Source: Epiperipatus broadwayi
Lineage: Eukaryota; Animalia; Onychophora
Direction: 5' to 3'
NCBI GenBank assembly: GCA_028023455.1
Contig: JAQFVV010000001.1
Span: 10,540,001 to 10,604,000 of the forward strand
DNA length: 64,000 bases
A model generated the notes under the pieces. That model saw only the letters and a program-made list of their open reading frames with translations. It did not search any database and had not been told where the DNA came from. Below, piece after piece: positions 40,469 through 52,512 of this stretch. Both the position numbers and the translations under genes were made by a program. Position 1 is the stretch's first letter. Each line of letters starts with the position of its first letter.

Positions 40469-40563
40469 GATTTCATTTCTTTCGGGATAGCAGAAACAAC
40501 TTTGGGAAACTGTTGCTTCAGAAATATAGGCATTTTCAACTTTTAAATTTTATATACCATTAA
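40469..40563 (+). CDS. Candidate last coding exon (G)FHFFRDSRNNFGKLLLQKYRHFQLLNFIYH*
   Basis: Strong acceptor TACTAAT-cactttattttatttCAG (branch-like motif 40444-40450); open in phase 1 to TAA 40561-40563; AATAAA at 40624. Confidence 0.4.
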
Positions 40564-41152
40564 TTATTACATAAACATCAAAAATCTTTTTCAGATTATT
40601 TTTTTTAGACTAAGAATTTTATTAATAAATATGAGAACTTACAAGAATATGAAATTATTTGTGTAATTTGTTTCAGAAACTACAGATTTAGTAATGTATA
40701 TATAAAGTTATCATTAACATTTTTAATCATTGTCAATCTACTGCACAAAAAAGATCTCTCCAAGTTCATTCGGCATTTCTTACCCATATATTTTCTTTGC
40801 CATATCACTATGGCAATCTTAAAACTTGCAGGAACAACAAGTCATGGTTTGAAAAAATAAAAAAAGTTAGAAATAATTATTTTCCATATATGATTATTTA
40901 TTACATTATAGCACAGTAGCCATTTTTTAAATTTGCAAGCTCAATTCTGTGTACTTAAAGATGCTTTGCAAATGCAACTGCACAATTTGTAATTATAAAA
41001 CAGCTGCTGAAAAAAAATAAAATGTTATTTTTAAAAAATTTAAATTTTCTAATTCAGCATACAAATCCTAGCACTGCAATTATAATGTCACAAAAAATGA
41101 CTTCTATTTTCATAGTATGCTTATTTATGTATTAAATTATATTATAGATATA

Positions 41153-42462
41153 CACCTGGGTCTCGTTTTACGCGGATTTATTTAATGCAATTTTGAAGTT
41201 ATACGATTCATGTTTCTTCGGAAGTCGAACTCCGATAATGCGCTATTACTTTAAATAATAAATTTCGCGCACTTACATCATATTGAAAGTAATAGCACAT
41301 TATTGGAATTCGACTTTCATCCTTAATAATTTCAATATTTTCAGTGCTTTATAATAGTAAGATTTTATGCAATAATGAAATTAAAATCATGATTTCCACA
41401 TTTTATGTACACACATTAAATTTTACAAGATTATAATGTAAATTTGTTCAGACATTGTGCGTGTTAATTTTGCATTTTAAATCACATTCTGTTTTTGCTT
41501 TTTAAAAAAAAACATAATCAATTATTAATCATTTAGTGTCCGCAAGTTTATTTTTAAAAGGTGAGTAATAGCAGTGGGCACAATTAAATTTGACAATTAA
41601 AAATTAAAATCTGATTTTTAATTGTAATTAACAATTTAAAAATTATTTAAGGTGACCTGAAATTAATGTGATGTGAAATGAAATTTGATTTTTAAATGGA
41701 ATTGAAATTAAAAAATTAAAGACAAAAATAAGAATTTAATTTTTAGTTGTTAGTTTTAATTAAATTTTCCCCATCAGTGTAGAAAAAGATAATGAAACAG
41801 AAGTGGAACCTATTCCTTTCACTGCAAAAATGATTTGAGAAGGTCTTCAACTTTCTAATCAGTTGGCAAATTATTTTCTTATTAATGACACTAATCACGA
41901 AAGTGCTCTTAAATTTCAACGAGAGCTAAATGGTTGTATGTCTGGATATTGCAAGCTTCATAAACAATTAATAAATTCATTGTCTCAAAGATTAATTACT
42001 AATTATGTTGTCACCAGAAAACCATTAACACAACATGAGAGTGAAGTTGGTGCTAGTTGTATTTCCTCTTGTGAAGAATCTGATTTTTTACCAGTTTGCA
42101 AACGAACCTGTTTATCGGCAAATAGCGATAATAATTAAAACGTGTATAAAAAAATGTAAATTACTGTACTGTAAATTATGCATAAAAATATATTGTTTTG
42201 AATAAAATTAAATATTATAGTTAAAAAAAGTTTGTCTTGTATCAATTTTTTTCAAATTTGAAATTTTTTATTAGTCATATTTTATTTCCTTATTTTTTTT
42301 GCGCGCGAATTTTAAAGTAATTTTACGTTGGTGTATTGCTTTTATGCGATTTCTGAAAAATCACAGTCTGTATCCCCCCTTTTTCAAGGTAAGTTATGTC
42401 TATTTTTGTGCGATTTCTTTTACGCATGTTTTCTATCTATCGCGTAAAACGAGACCCAGGTG
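41153..42462 (+). mobile_element. Non-autonomous Tigger/pogo-like DNA transposon (Tc1/mariner superfamily), 1310 bp
   Basis: Perfect 22-bp TIRs CACCTGGGTCTCGTTTTACGCG / CGCGTAAAACGAGACCCAGGTG with TA on both sides; internal remnant EGLQLSNQLANYFLINDTNHESALKFQREL (ORF 41863-42138) resembles Tigger C-termini; CpGs retained. Confidence 0.9.
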
Positions 42463-42999
42463 TATTCACATTTCAAAAACGTCTGTATTGTATATGTAAG
42501 AATGTTTAAAACATATACAGCAATCTATTTTTTCTTTATCATTGTGTCTAAATGCATATTATTTTTATTAATTATAACATAGGACTGTACATACTTTATG
42601 TATATATTTAAAGTACCTATACTTTATACATATGTGTGTGCATGCTCACTAAAAATTTATATAGTATTTTTTTATTGGTGACTTAAGATGTAATTCTTTT
42701 AAATTAAATTATAATTTAGGTATATATATATTATATACATGCTAAAAATATTTATATAATAATATGTCTATATAAATATACATGTTAAAATAAAAAAATT
42801 TCATGGACTACAGATATAACTGAAATATTATTACGGTTCATCTGTGTATAATTTATTGTAATAAAATGTGTAGTGATGTTTTGGCTGGGTCACACTGGCC
42901 ATCAATTGGATAATGAATATTATAGAAATATTTGTAGAAGTGTTGAAAACATCGAAGTATAATAAGATTGAAAATTCTACCCATAGAAAACAGATAGAA

Positions 43000-45400
43000 A
43001 TAATAAAAAACAGAAACTCTTTAGATTAATGCTTTTTAAAAATTCTTTCTAAATAGAAGATTTTGTCATGTATCATCACATTTGTTGATACAATCTGGCC
43101 TTTTAAAGATCTTGATGGATTCTCATATCTTACATTGTTGAAGAGTATCACATCTGGATAGGATTTTTGGTATTAGAGAAATCAATACTATACCTATGAT
43201 CTGTATCCATATCATAGAGTGAAAGTGCTGCATTAATAAGTTCATCTCCTCTAATACTGATGTGAAGAATATTCATATCTATATAAGCAATGTTACAGAA
43301 TCTAGATGAGATTTCATAAATTTCACAGGCTTCAAAAAGGATTGAGTCTTTAGGTTTGGATAAAATGTTACTAATTTTTGGTAAGTATGTGTTGTTTTTA
43401 TATTATAATGTTTTAAAAAATGTCCAACATTATCTATAATCTCTTTTACAGACAGTTGTTTATTCTTTTTGTTTCTTATTTTGATTGTTTAGAGCTTGAA
43501 TCAAACTCATTTGCCATCTTCCAGATATTATTTATCTGAAAGGTAAAAATAGCTCTAGTTAAAGAGTTTTTGCTATAGAAAATATTTGAGCGGGATAATG
43601 TTTGGATGAAAATTGTACCTATCAGTATTTATAATTTTTCTGAAAATGAGAAAAAAATAAAGATTATTCTGGTTTTTGGTGGCAAATACATCAAGAAAAA
43701 TAAGTTTTCCATCAGTATCTGTTTCCATAGTGAATTTAATATTAAAATGTATATTGTTTATATGTGTAAAGAAATCATGATAAACATGTCATCGATATAT
43801 CTGACATAAACAAGAGATTAAAGATATTGATTTTAAAACATGAATTTCTATGTATTTCATAAATGAATAAACAAGCTAATATCTCTAAGATGGGTAAGCC
43901 CCATTAGAGTAACAAAAATCATCTTATAATGTTGTCCATTACACATGAAATAAATGTTTGAAAAGCAGTGTTTAGCTTATGTTAAGTAAATAGACAATAA
44001 ATAAATAAGCATAATTGACAACATACAAAGATATATCTTCCATACATTTATAAAAAATATATAAATTATACATAGATGATTCAGGATATTTCTTTTACAT
44101 ATATTTCAATATAATAAAAACATTTGGGACAAATTATATTGATATAAAAGTTTTATTGTATAATAAACTTTATTTCATCCATCAGTTCTTCACTTACATA
44201 TCTTAATAATTATTGGAAAAGATTTTAAGACTTCAGTTATCCACTTATTTCTATATTTTGCATAGTGTGCAACCTAGATCAATTTTATCCTCTTAATTCT
44301 CTCAACAATTCTAAAAATACTTTTCTCTAATATATGTGTAGTCTCCCTATTAAGTGGTTAAGTTTTAAGAGTCATAAGTAAGCACTAGTTGAATCACACT
44401 AATTAAAAAATATCCCTTTTCTGATAGAAAGGCATACTATATTTAATATTGGATTATTTTTACAAAAAACATCAACCATTATATTTCTATTCATTAATAA
44501 TTTGTCCAAGAACTCATTACTATCAATCTTTATTTATTTAGTTTTGAAAACCCATTAAATATTGTCTTAGACTTTTGAATAATCACTTTGTTGTGTGTTT
44601 TTTTTTTTGTTTGTTTGTTTGTTGTTGTTTTTTTCATTGACAAATCTTTAAGATTTCCTGAATGAAGCTTTCAAATAATTATTTTCAAAAGTGATCAGAC
44701 CATTAGAAAAATCCAGACAAATCAAATAATGTTCACCAAATTTTATTCCCTTCTTATTTTAATTCACAAAATACTTCTGGTAAAATTGTTAAAAAATCTT
44801 CAAGAAATAGGATCATCCTGCTATATACTTTACCAATATTAAAATTCTTAGTATTCTAAACCTGGTCTTTTAGTTTATATATAATAAAAATTGTCAAAAT
44901 TTAACTCCTGATATATTTTCCTGTAATTTATAAACTAATAAAAAATAGCAACTTATGTTCTATAACTTCTCTTAATATTTTGTTTACTGTTCTGTCACTG
45001 GTTTTAAATAAAGCTTGTTCTTTTGGCTAACTTAAGCTTAAAATATCTGTAGAGAATATGAATTACACTTAGTAAATATAAACAATTAACTAACAAAAGA
45101 TAAATTTATAATTCCTGTTCAACATTATTATTAAAGACTAATGTTACTACTCCATTCTTCCAAACATTTGGTAGTTTATTTTTTCACATTCCTTTAAAAT
45201 ACCTATAATATGTTTTATTTTTTGTATCATTATACTTATATATGTATCATCATTATTAGCTTCTAAAAGCAATGTCTTGTCATTGCAGCCATATCATTCT
45301 ATCTTCTGCAATTTGTTTCATCATATATTTAATATATAATATTCTTGGATTGTCTTTTAATCTTCTTTCTAAAATTTTGCCTTCCAAAATATTTTGTAGT
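43000..45400 (-). mobile_element. Decayed L1/Tx1-like LINE RT region
   Basis: Minus-strand ICLDFSNGLI (about 44690-44720, cf. LDF.KAFD) and LSIRKG (about 44415, cf. RGVRQG); heavily mutated. Confidence 0.45.
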
Positions 45401-45710
45401 AATAGAGATTAAAAAAATATTATATTAAATACTTTTATTGACTGAGCACTAAAAAAAAAAAATAATTGTTTCTTCAACCACAATTGAAGATTTTAGATAT
45501 AACTTGAAATAAAAGCAGGGAATGATTCAGAGATTAATTAAGTCAATTCCTTAATAAGGATTGATTTAATTAATAATCCCCCCCCTGCTTTTATTTAAAG
45601 TCAAATCTAAAAACTTCAATTGTGGTTGAAGAAACAATTATTTTATTTATTTATTTATTTTGTGCTCAGTCAATAAAAGCATTTAATATAAAAAAAAATT
45701 ATCTCTATTA
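45400..45710. repeat. 311-bp fold-back palindrome
   Basis: taatagagat...ttttattgactgagcac...ttcttcaaccacaattgaag is mirrored by cttcaattgtggttgaagaa...gtgctcagtcaataaaag...atctctatta; centre CCTTA-A-TAAGG at 45554. Confidence 0.9.
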
Positions 45711-45791
45711 TTTTTAAGTTTTTGGCATAATGAAAATGTAAAACTATATTGTACTTTAAATTGACTGGACATTTAGTTAATATATATATAT

Positions 45792-46161
45792 TGTACCGGT
45801 CAAAAATGTATGTACATCCAACAAAATTTAGAATCTAAGCAAAAGTACTCCGTATCAAATCCTGCCTGAGATACACAGGTCAAGAGCAATTATGAATTCT
45901 AACCTATTTGCCCATTCCAAAATCTATAACATTATAAATAACACCTACAGTGATACCACATAAATTCATTATATCCCGGTCTGGTGCTACAACATTTTAA
46001 ATGAGAACTCAACTGGTGATGATGACAATGAGAGATTGAGTGAACCCGAGATATAAGTAAAAAAAAACATAGGATAAATATATTAAGGAGATTCGAACAA
46101 CTGGATTACAGTTAAAATGTAAATATTTATTTGGACAAAATTCAAGATGAGTTTTATATAT
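45792..46161 (-). mobile_element. Related LTR-end fragment abutting the solo LTR
   Basis: Starts ATAT|TGTACC like 46162; 45832-45912 is a diverged reverse complement of 52128-52207. Confidence 0.45.
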
Positions 46162-47757
46162 TGTACCAGATCAATCAGCAGGATGAACTTACTTACACGT
46201 ATATATGTTTTGGCTGGTTTCAAACTTCTCCATAATACATTTACAATCTTGTTTACTTATAAATGTTACGTGAACGAACCGGCACATTCAAGCAAAATGG
46301 GAAATATTATTGATAGCTTTAACTATCAACAATGGCCCACCTCGGCTGCTAGATTCAAACCCCTACTATCCAAACACTTTATTTGTTTAGGAGTAAACCC
46401 TGGGTGCCAGCTAGTCTCAGACTAACGTATTTGGTCAGTAGGCTCATAATCCAGCGCTCAAAACGATCCCAAAACTAGCCCAGTCTAATTTTAATCAATA
46501 ATAAAATATAGTTTAATTAGTGGTGATTGAATTGATAAAAGATTGGTAAAGAATAGGTAAAAGAGATTGATAAAAAGAATTGACCGACAAATAAAGTTTA
46601 AGTTTTAAAGACCATTTATTTTAATTAACATTTACTAATTTTAAACATTTCTAAATCTAACATAACACACACACATTTTAATTTAACACACTATAATATG
46701 TCTTATTAAGAAGCAAAATAATACTTGACATTGATAAATTATCTAACATTCACAAACACGCACATTTATGCATGCTTATAGAGTTCAAATTACTTCTCTG
46801 TAGGATTTACGAATTACAGCGGTGGCTACTATATATAAATGAGAATAATAAAATGTTTTACCTAGGATTTTTGGAACATGGATATTGCTTGTTGTTGGCT
46901 GCTTCTGACGGAGTATATCTAACCGGTTAGATTTGATGTTTCTTGAGGAGATTTGATGCTAATCCATTGGTTTTATTCTTGGAGACAGTTGAACATTGAC
47001 GGAGGATTTCTGAGCTGTTATGCAGACATTATTTCACGGGCAGGTTTTGATGATCTTGTTGGACTAAAGGGCTGAAGTAAGAGCGTATATTCCCAAAAGC
47101 TGCTCAGCACTGCATTTCTGTTTCTGGATACATAATATAAACTTTACTGTTATCTGAACTGAAACAAGACTGACACTGAAAACTAGGCTGAAACTGAGCG
47201 TCCGATAAAAATCTGGCTATTTATATATGCGAAGTGTTTTTGTTTTAATATCCTCCGGCAATGTGTGTTGTCGAAATTCCTTTAGTAACTAATCCTTTGA
47301 CGTGTTTTTTAAGATTGTTTAATTAGTAGTAGCCATCACAAACGTGTTGTTTTTATCTCTTTAATTAGTAGCCCACCACTGTGTGTTTTTAAATATAATT
47401 TCTTTTTAACTTTCATTTATATTTTTTATATTATTCTAACACGCATACATTTATTTACACTCACACGCACATATATAATTTATTATAATAAGCCCGAATG
47501 AAAAGAGATTTATATTTTAACTTTTAATTTATAATAATCACAACTCTTTAACTTTTATGAACTCTTAGTTTTTTTCTATAGGAAAACTCCCCCTCCCTTC
47601 TTTTAATTAATCAATTTTATTTCAAAAACTAATGATAGAATGCTATCTGACTCTTACTTTTTTCGAAAACAACTGTATTTCATTTAATAAAGACACTTTA
47701 GATTTTTACACATTTTTTTTAGATAAATTAGTATGTGCCAATTTCAATATTGGTACA
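46162..47757 (-). mobile_element. Probable solo LTR (1596 bp)
   Basis: Termini TGTACCA...TGGTACA, ATAT on both sides, minus-strand TATAAATA 47225-47218 with TCAGTT initiator at 47197-47192 and AATAAA at 46620-46615; CpG retained; no long ORF. Confidence 0.6.
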
Positions 47758-49699
47758 ATATATATATAAAAAACTTCATGCGTTTAAAACTTTATTTTCA
47801 TTATAAACATTTAACAAACTTGATACAATTATTTTTATTTTAGCAAATATTAATTTAGTGTGGCAATTACAATACTGAACGTATATTTAAAAATAGGTTT
47901 TTATTCAATGTTACAAAAATGGATTTATCTGAGTGGTTTGGTGGACATTTTATACATTTAAATATATATATATTTATAAAGATACAATAGAGTTTTGCTG
48001 ATTATACGATTTTAATATGATGCCCTTAGCATTTGATACATACATTTATTTTCATTTAGAGACTTTATTTATAACAATTAAAATAAGGATACATTTTGAT
48101 CAATAAGTAGACGAAAACATTATTTATTTTACATTTTCAGCATTTAACAATAGAATATAACGAAACTCTATAATTGCAGGAACAGCTTATTTCAATAAAG
48201 GTGAGGGCAGCTTCATGAGAAGTTGGATTTAAACTCCAAAGGGAAATATTACAAAAAGAAAAACATTTTATTATCACATATCATTAAGATTTATGTTGCT
48301 AAACAGGCTAGAAAACTAACTATAAGAAATGGCAGTGCTAGCATAATATCAGCGAGAGGAAATGGCAGATTTGGCCAGGATAAAGTCATTCTCCAATTTT
48401 TTTAAAGGTGGTATATGCCAGCTTTGTGCTAGAGTGATACAGAAAAAAAAGATAGGCAGGAAGTTTCTATGGGCTGAATCACGGCATAGCCATACAGAGC
48501 TTCATCTACACTAACCTGCATGTTCTAGAAGTAGACTAAGACTTCTATTGTGAACAAGAACATTAAAGAACAGGAGGCTTTGAATCCCTGGAATGAGGTA
48601 CAGGCAAATCAAAGCAGTATTTAAATATATACTTGGAGAAGAATGATGAACGAAGAGAATTATGACTCCCTGGAATGAGGTACAGGTGAATCAGATTAAA
48701 GCCCTATGCAGCTTATTAATTTGACATATTCCAGTAATGCTATCATAATAATATAAAGTCACTGAATTTAAATATTAATGTAAAGCCTTAAATGGTTTAA
48801 CAAATATGTAATGATATGCTAAAATAATGACCCATGTAAGCTAAAGTCATTTATCATAAGTTAAACGATAATTAATGAAGCGTGCATTGCTCCCCCTTCT
48901 TGAATCAATATTTTGTTTAACATATTAAAAAAACTAACATTCACGCACTTAAAAGTACAAATTACAAAATATATTTGTCACCAGCCTTTTTGGCTATGAT
49001 GATCAATAAAGAAATTTATAAAATTAACGGACACCAATATCCACTCCAGATTGCAAAGTATTCATACTGAAGCTGGAAATATAGTACATATTTCTGCTTC
49101 AACTAGTGCCAATGTCATCAGCACTACTATGGGATTGAACCCAATCTTGTATATTAACTGACACCCATCTCATAATAGGTGGTAGTATATTTATAATCAA
49201 TATTATAATCTTTTATCTAATTTATATTTCATTAATTTATATTTTATGATTAAAACTAACCTTTTTATAATAGTTTATTTATTTTATAATATTTGTAGAA
49301 ATATATATTGTGTTTATTTTATTAAATTGGCACTGAGTACATAATTGAATCCTAGATATCTATAAAATGTTGCAAATATTTTAAATTCTTTCACTAAAGT
49401 CCTTTTTTTTTTCAATTAATCAGTTGGTAACATTTTATATTTATCTTTTGATAAATGTACATTAAATGGTCAATTATGTAATCAATCTAATATTTGTAAG
49501 AAATATTTTGTAAATTTGTATTTACGTTTTATATCAAATATCAGATTTAAAAGTCATTGTATTATTTATGGAATGTACAAAATTCCTAAAACATTTGTGA
49601 ATAAAATTTACATTTTCTTTAATCTAAACCTTAATTAAACAGGCTTTGTTAATATGATGACTGATAAACTTAATCATGCTTATTGCTGTTTTCTTTAAT

Positions 49700-50140
49700 T
49701 AGCAAAATGAACCCTTGGGGGATGTTTAATGCAATATTGTAGATTTCCCGCCCAGGCAGATGCTGACCACAGAGAAAGTTACCAGCAAATGTCATGTAGA
49801 TTGAATCCTAATAGATAAGGCCAGATCAGATAAATAGTAAAAAATTTTGATAAGATGATTATTGAAGAAAGTTCTCTGAAGAGAGTTGATTAGTATTTAT
49901 AGTACATTTGTGCCTAAAGAATGACGGGGCAAAAAGATTGGCCGTTTGCTTTTCAGAGCTCTGTTTCTACAGCTCATCACAATTCCATTCCAGTGCACTC
50001 AACACCTAGCCCGGAGACTGTACTGTGTCAAGGAAGCCTGCTAAATGATCTGATTTTATAACTACCTGTTTCAAGCCATGGAACATCTACCGATTGGTTG
50101 AGGTAACCTCCAATTTGCCGCCAAGCCTCTGATTCTAGCT
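49700..50140. promoter_or_regulatory. GC/CpG-richer island with promoter-like motifs
   Basis: Minus-strand CCAAT at 50097-50093 and 49941-49937, TATAAATA at 49901-49894; CCCGCCC at 49747-49753; a 46-codon plus-strand ORF at 49921-50061. Confidence 0.3.
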
Positions 50141-51059
50141 TTTGTTTTTAAAATCAATGTTAATTTGTATTTTACATATCTGTAATGTTTATACAACTTA
50201 ATTTTAAAATGTGACTTTTAATTTTTTTTCCTTAAATTTAAAATTATTAATTCTTATAAAAATCCCACATTACTTTGATGCAGCAAATTTATCTTAAATT
50301 TTTTGTTCGTTTATTTATAATATTGACTTACTGAAACTGCCAAGTATAAAACTCAACGAGCAACTAAATTTAAACCCTCTCCCTCTTATTTTCTCCATTT
50401 AAAAATCATTGCAGGAGACTTATTCCCATTAAATTAATTAATAGAGAAAGCTTGTTTAGTTTTGTACTCTTATAGTATAAATTTATTTTTAAATGATTGA
50501 AATTATTTTAAAAGTTAGGTATCTTATTATTATCTCCAACTTAAAAATGCCCTCGTAATTATCTCTGAGATAATAATATATTTTATTAAATCATTTAAAT
50601 AAAATCTGTCCCAATTTCTGTAAAACAAATGTCTTGAAAGAAAATCATTGAAAGCACATCTATTATAGTGTTTTATCAGTACATGTTTTATACACATATA
50701 TTTTTATTTGTTAGTAAAATATTAAGAGTGTGATCTATCAGATATTATACTATATGTTGTCAAACTTCACCAGAAGTGAGTTTGATATTTAATGTGCAGT
50801 CTGTCTATGTTAGTTAAAAGACAGACTGATTTTGTAATCTTCGATAATGAACTATTTGATAACTCACTAATAAATGAAATATTTGGAAAGTGTGGAAAAC
50901 AATTTATATTTTAGTTTTAATTCTTGTCTTTCCTTTTATATTATATTTTATGATCATTCGTTAATGGCCTAAGGTTTCTGGGTACACCAGGGAGCTGAAT
51001 ATTTTAATCAGGGATTCATTTATCATGATCGTTAGTGATCCACTATATATATATATATA

Positions 51060-51800
51060 TGTCTGAGGCATTATGTAATTTATAGTCACAAACCATTTGT
51101 TTAGTATTATTGTTCTTGCTTTGCTAATTACCTCTTAGGACCTTGGGAAGTTTAAATATGACTAGTCCAATCTTGACTTTCTCTTAATAGTAGACATATT
51201 TTCCTATTAGGATCCTTTCCAGGCATTGCCATTAAGATGTGAATGGGAATTAAAACACATCAAATCTATTATTATTCAAAGACATTCTGGCTGGAGAGCC
51301 AGCATTTCTCATCATCTACTGGTATATACCGGGATTTCTTTTAGCAAAGCCACCCAGATGTTCCTAACAGACCTCATTTATTCTTTTGTTGTAATCGATA
51401 ATATCATACTGCCTTTATCATTATATATATATATGAACCTGAAATGTTCTCTGCCGTGATGGCACGTTCTTCACAAATCAATCCCGTTAATTAGTTAAAT
51501 CTCATTATTTAATGTAAAATGAACTATTTTGCTTTCCACACTCATTATAGACAACTGATTTAAATGTAATAATGTTTTGAATAACATCGCTCATGTCTTG
51601 TAATCTCTTAAAGAGGGCTAATGATATTTTATTGCTGATTGGTTCTTGGCAGACCAATCAACAAATTTTTACTTTGTTATCAAATGCCTTGCATTTAGCT
51701 GCATCAAAATGAATTCAAGAAGTATAATAACCTAGTTGTATAAACAAAACTCAACTTATTTTGTATAACAATAACTCAATTTCTTAATAAATTCTTATAT
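51060..51800 (-). mobile_element. Penelope-like RT N-terminal fragment
   Basis: Minus-strand DKGSMI (about 51400-51420) and FKLPKV (about 51140-51160) match PLE ADKG..V and FY.LPKIHK motifs. Confidence 0.55.
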
Positions 51801-52315
51801 TATTTTAAATTAGCTTAGTTTGTCATCACTCCGAATCTCTAATATTAATTACTTTAGTTATTTATATTTCTTTGATTTAAATTCAATTCTTAGTAACGAT
51901 TCTATAAAGAATTATAATTATTATGGTTCAAACCATTAGTAATCGATATCAAATCACATCTGTATGATTCTGCAATCGTCAGAATTCACTAAATCATTAA
52001 TTTCTCATATGAACCCTTTATTATTTCGAGTCTCTTTATGAAGTGTGACCTCCAGCTGGTACAGAATAAAACTAAAGACTGCTAGTATCATCACAAACGT
52101 TATCCATTAGTCAGAGGCAATAGTTCAGGCAAATAGGTTAGGATTCACGCTTGCCCTGACATCTGTATCTTATGCATAATTGGATTCAAGGTACTTTTGC
52201 TTGGATTATTTGGCAGGATGGCTCAGTTGGTTAGAGCGTTACCTTAAATTTCAATAATCAAGAATCTAAGGACCCAGGTTCGAATCCCATGCTAGTACTG
52301 TCACTGGTCAGGCTA

Positions 52316-52362
52316 GCAACACCTGAAGAAGAGGGGAGAAAAATACCTCTAGAAACGTTGTG
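52316..52362 (+). ncRNA. Minimal type-I hammerhead-ribozyme-like motif
   Basis: CAC-CTGAAGA(52323-52329)-AGAGG...CCTCT(stem II)-A-GAAA(52352-52355)-CG-T-T-GTG: palindromic ACGT helix III, U17, and CAC/GTG helix I. Confidence 0.6.
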
Positions 52363-52512
52363 CGTATACTAACCTGTTTGCTGTGATATTACTAACAGTT
52401 AGTGCATATACTAACCTGTTTGCTGTGATATTATTAACATTTGTTTGCTGTGATATTACTAACAGTTGGTGCATATACTAACCTGTTTGCTGTGATATTA
52501 CTAACAGTTGGA
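52357..52512 (+). repeat. Tandem repeat of a ~42-bp unit (about 3.5 copies)
   Basis: gtgcatatactaacctgtttgctgtgatattactaacagttg repeated, third copy truncated. Confidence 0.9.

Noticed and set aside
40469-40530. Similarity of FHFFRDSRNNFGKLLLQK to phosphopantetheinyl transferase (AASDHPPT-like F.F.RD...GRL) motif
   Set aside because: Spacing differs and no downstream domain motifs were found; no gene symbol assigned.
43329-50061. Phase-consistent extra exon chain 43329-43380, 48180-48200, 49973-50061
   Set aside because: First exon is antisense in a LINE, second is only 21 nt, and no convincing link to upstream exons; likely over-fitting.
52212-52295. Functional tRNA gene
   Set aside because: A and B boxes present, but acceptor, anticodon and T stems do not pair; embedded in a longer repeat.
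52357-52512. CRISPR-like array
   Set aside because: Contiguous tandem units without unique spacers, eukaryotic context, no cas genes.
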